Part shown: piece by piece, positions 61,574-64,000 of the stretch
Layout: every line of letters begins with the position of its first letter
Position numbering within the stretch: the stretch's first letter is position 1
NCBI GenBank assembly: GCA_009777155.1
Contig: WRMK01000002.1
Location: 213 to 64,212, forward strand
Origin: Oscillospiraceae bacterium
GTDB lineage: Bacteria > Bacillota > Clostridia > Oscillospirales > Ruminococcaceae
Direction of reading: 5' to 3'
DNA: 64,000 nt
Translations under genes and position numbers: made by a program
Notes under the pieces: model-generated
Databases searched by the model: none
Seen by the model: only the letters and a program-made list of their open reading frames with translations
What the model was told of the DNA's origin: nothing

Positions 61574-63853
61574 CTACCTCACCAACTTAACCGCAATAAC
61601 CGAAATATCATCCTCCCTCTCCTTATCACTCGAATACTTCGCGGCGTTCGCGATTGTTTGTGCGAAATGATTCATGTCCTGCTTGCCCCACTCGCTTTTG
61701 CCCAGCTCGTGTTCGAGCCATCTTTCTGATAATTCTGCGCCGTCGCTTGCCATAATTATCAGGTCGGAATTGCCGATTGTGAAACTCTGGCGTTCATAGA
61801 CAGGACGGTGATTTATACCCACGGGTAAACCCTTGCCGCCCGCCTTGACGACCTGCTTGTTGCAACTGATATAAGTCGGTGCGCTCCCCGCTTTGAACAG
61901 TTCGACGTCGCCGCTGTAGAGGTCGATTCTGCACACGTCCAAAGTCGCGAAACTTTCGTCTGCGGACTTGACGAGCAGCGAGTTATTTATTATCTCAATC
62001 GCCGCACTTATGTCCACTCCCGCACGCAAAAGTTTTATCAGCATGCCGCATGCGAACGCCGAGTCAATCCGCGCCCTGCCGCCGCTGCCCATGCCGTCCG
62101 AAAGTATGATATACGCGAACCCTTTTTTGTCGATAAAACTATCTATGTAATCGCCGCAATTTTTTTCGTTACTTCGGCTCACTTGATAGACGCCATATTC
62201 AATCGAAAACGACGCACGCTCGAACATTGTCAGCATAAAATCGTTGTTACTGTTGATGATTTCGGGTAGGTCAAATTCTCTCCTTAATGCCGACGAAATC
62301 AGCCCGCAAAGTTTCTCGGGGCTACACTTGAGGCGGCCTTTTCCGTAGGCTTCGATTGCGGCTTTGTCGTCTTCAAGAGTCACTGCCGCTTTGGGTTCAA
62401 AGATGCCGTTTTCAAACAGCAAATTTTCAACGGCGGCGGCAAGCGGCTTGTCGAAATCGGAGGACGAGCCGAACTCGCCCGACATCTTCAGCATCATCGT
62501 CTGTGTCGCGGAAATTTGTGACAGCAGAATCGTCCGCATTTGGGTAATTTTTCGATTGGCAGTATTGATTGCAGTAAATTCGCGGTACTGATTATTCAGC
62601 GCGGCCGCCAACTGCTCACGCTTGCCGCAACGATATGCAAGCGGGCCGTATAAATGCTCGGTTTTGATTACCTTGCCCTTGCGTAACAGGCCCGTCAAGT
62701 CGCTCATAATCCGCACTGTGTCATTATATTCGGTACCCCAACAGACCATGTTGTGACGGCAACGGCGGCAGACTTCCCCGCACGCCGTGTTGTAAACCCA
62801 CGCGACATCTTTGCTTGCGGCGCGGTCCAAAATCTCGGCGGTTTTTTCAATCGCAGTACGCACATCGCCCATCGCCTCGCCCGTGAGTTTCAAGCGGCGT
62901 GCGAAAATTTCCGAAACGTCCGCGCCGCCGCCCTTGGACGCAACCGTCTCGCGCCGAAATCGCCGGGTTAAATCATCGACGGGTATAAACATGAACATGA
63001 TTCCGCCCGCAATAATCGAGTTAATTTCGGCAAAACTATAGAGGTCAATCCCCGTGAACGCCGCGAAAATCCCGGTCGCCAAAATATACCCCGCCATTTG
63101 GGTGTACTTGCCGAGCCGTGCGAACAAGGCGGCGGCAGTGGCGGCGACTGCGATTGCCAACCCGCCCGCCATGTACTCGGGGTGAATCAAAACAATCCCG
63201 AACCCGCTCAAAACCCCGCAGATTGCACCCCCTGCATAACGGAATTTGTAGGAAAAGGCAACCGCGATTAGCGACCCCGCGAAAATCCCGAAATTCAGCA
63301 TACTTATGTCGAAATTCGCCAGCACCGCAATCAGCAGTATGTAACTTAGGCCCACCGATGCGTACCCGCCCGGCCGCATGATTGAGAGGTTTTTGCCGGT
63401 TAGAATATTGTCGCGAGTGACCCCTGCCGCATACGAGCCGAACCCGCTAATCAGCCCGAGCGCAGGTGCAACGAAGACAATATTCGCGCCGCTTTTCAGA
63501 ATCACGGTAGTCGCGAAAATCCCGATACCGGTGAGCAATGCGGTCGCGGAATTGCTCCATTTTGCGGTTTTTTTGGCGACAAAAAACCGAAACGCCGCCA
63601 CCGCCACCAACACGGCGATAATGTTTATGCTATCAATAAACCGCCCGCTGATGAAGAAGCCGATAAGCGCGCCCGACAGCGCGTAGAGCGCGTTCATGCC
63701 CGACAGCACGCTGATGAATATTGCCGCAAAAGGCGCGGTCCCGCCGAACAGCGAGGTCAGCCCCAGAAGCAGCCCCGCCGCCGCCATAATCGGCACGCGG
63801 GTGATGTTTTCCCTCAAGTCCAAGTTGGAGTTGAAATCTAAATCGGGTTTCAT
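61574..63853 (-). CDS. spoIIE: stage II sporulation protein E (PP2C phosphatase with a 10-TM N-terminal domain)
   Basis: Polytopic N-terminus; C-terminal ILSDGMGSGGRA...MASDG PP2C motifs. Confidence 0.9.
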   Translation of the reverse strand: MKPDLDFNSNLDLRENITRVPIMAAAGLLLGLTSLFGGTAPFAAIFISVLSGMNALYALSGALIGFFISGRFIDSINIIAVLVAVAAFRFFVAKKTAKWSNSATALLTGIGIFATTVILKSGANIVFVAPALGLISGFGSYAAGVTRDNILTGKNLSIMRPGGYASVGLSYILLIAVLANFDISMLNFGIFAGSLIAVAFSYKFRYAGGAICGVLSGFGIVLIHPEYMAGGLAIAVAATAAALFARLGKYTQMAGYILATGIFAAFTGIDLYSFAEINSIIAGGIMFMFIPVDDLTRRFRRETVASKGGGADVSEIFARRLKLTGEAMGDVRTAIEKTAEILDRAASKDVAWVYNTACGEVCRRCRHNMVCWGTEYNDTVRIMSDLTGLLRKGKVIKTEHLYGPLAYRCGKREQLAAALNNQYREFTAINTANRKITQMRTILLSQISATQTMMLKMSGEFGSSSDFDKPLAAAVENLLFENGIFEPKAAVTLEDDKAAIEAYGKGRLKCSPEKLCGLISSALRREFDLPEIINSNNDFMLTMFERASFSIEYGVYQVSRSNEKNCGDYIDSFIDKKGFAYIILSDGMGSGGRARIDSAFACGMLIKLLRAGVDISAAIEIINNSLLVKSADESFATLDVCRIDLYSGDVELFKAGSAPTYISCNKQVVKAGGKGLPVGINHRPVYERQSFTIGNSDLIIMASDGAELSERWLEHELGKSEWGKQDMNHFAQTIANAAKYSSDKEREDDISVIAVKLVR

Positions 63854-63885
63854 GTTTTTTATTCCTTTCGTTTTGGGTTACGACT

Positions 63886-63938
63886 CCGCAAACCCTCGCG
63901 GATTTGCTTCGCGGGGCGGGGAGACCCCGCCCCTTGAC
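63886..63938 (-). promoter_or_regulatory. conserved two-hairpin 5' leader motif (copy 2, upstream of spoIIE)
   Basis: Minus strand reads GGCGGGG-TCTC-CCCGCC then GCAAATCC-GCGA-GGGTTTGC. Confidence 0.55.
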
Positions 63939-64000
63939 AGTACAACATATAGTGTCTAATTCCATTATAAAGGACAATACTTGCGAAATTTGTTGAAGTT

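Overview
Chromosomal segment of a moderately GC-rich, endospore-forming Firmicute, Clostridia-like on the basis of asd, dpaAB, a SleC-like enzyme, spoIIE, PFOR and rubrerythrin.

Coding content:
- Hexuronate catabolism (uxaC, uxuA, uxuB-like, eda), split by an AT-rich, decayed restriction-modification islet.
- GH43, queA, a BspA-type LRR lipoprotein, nfeD-flotillin, an XRE regulator, nifJ and a GT2-TPR protein.
- A GH13 enzyme fused to a PurC-like domain.
- An arsR-transglutaminase-czcD metal cluster plus an untracked 42-aa Cys-rich ORF.
- tRNA-Leu(CAA) and vapBC.
- A 1104-aa acidic, Cys-rich, wall-anchored orphan protein.
- A 2390-aa cyclic-beta-1,2-glucan-synthase-like protein.
- A complete F1Fo ATP synthase operon punctuated by extra ORFs.

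The most unusual content is non-coding:
- Almost every spacer is filled with GTAG-headed REP-like hairpins whose stems covary.
- Heptanucleotide arrays start on stop codons.
- AATGCAG-armed hairpin cassettes carry different cargo in their loops.
- Elements of about 290-335 nt have long arms, and in one copy the core is flipped relative to its flanks.

Candidate novel system: two tandem cassettes, each a JAB/MPN-like gene plus a 78-aa partner, sit behind a perfect consensus promoter. One cassette is frameshifted and the other is split by a 102-nt palindrome.

Limits: all similarity calls come from reading motifs by eye, and no searches were run. Coordinates of non-ORF features are accurate to about +/-2 nt.
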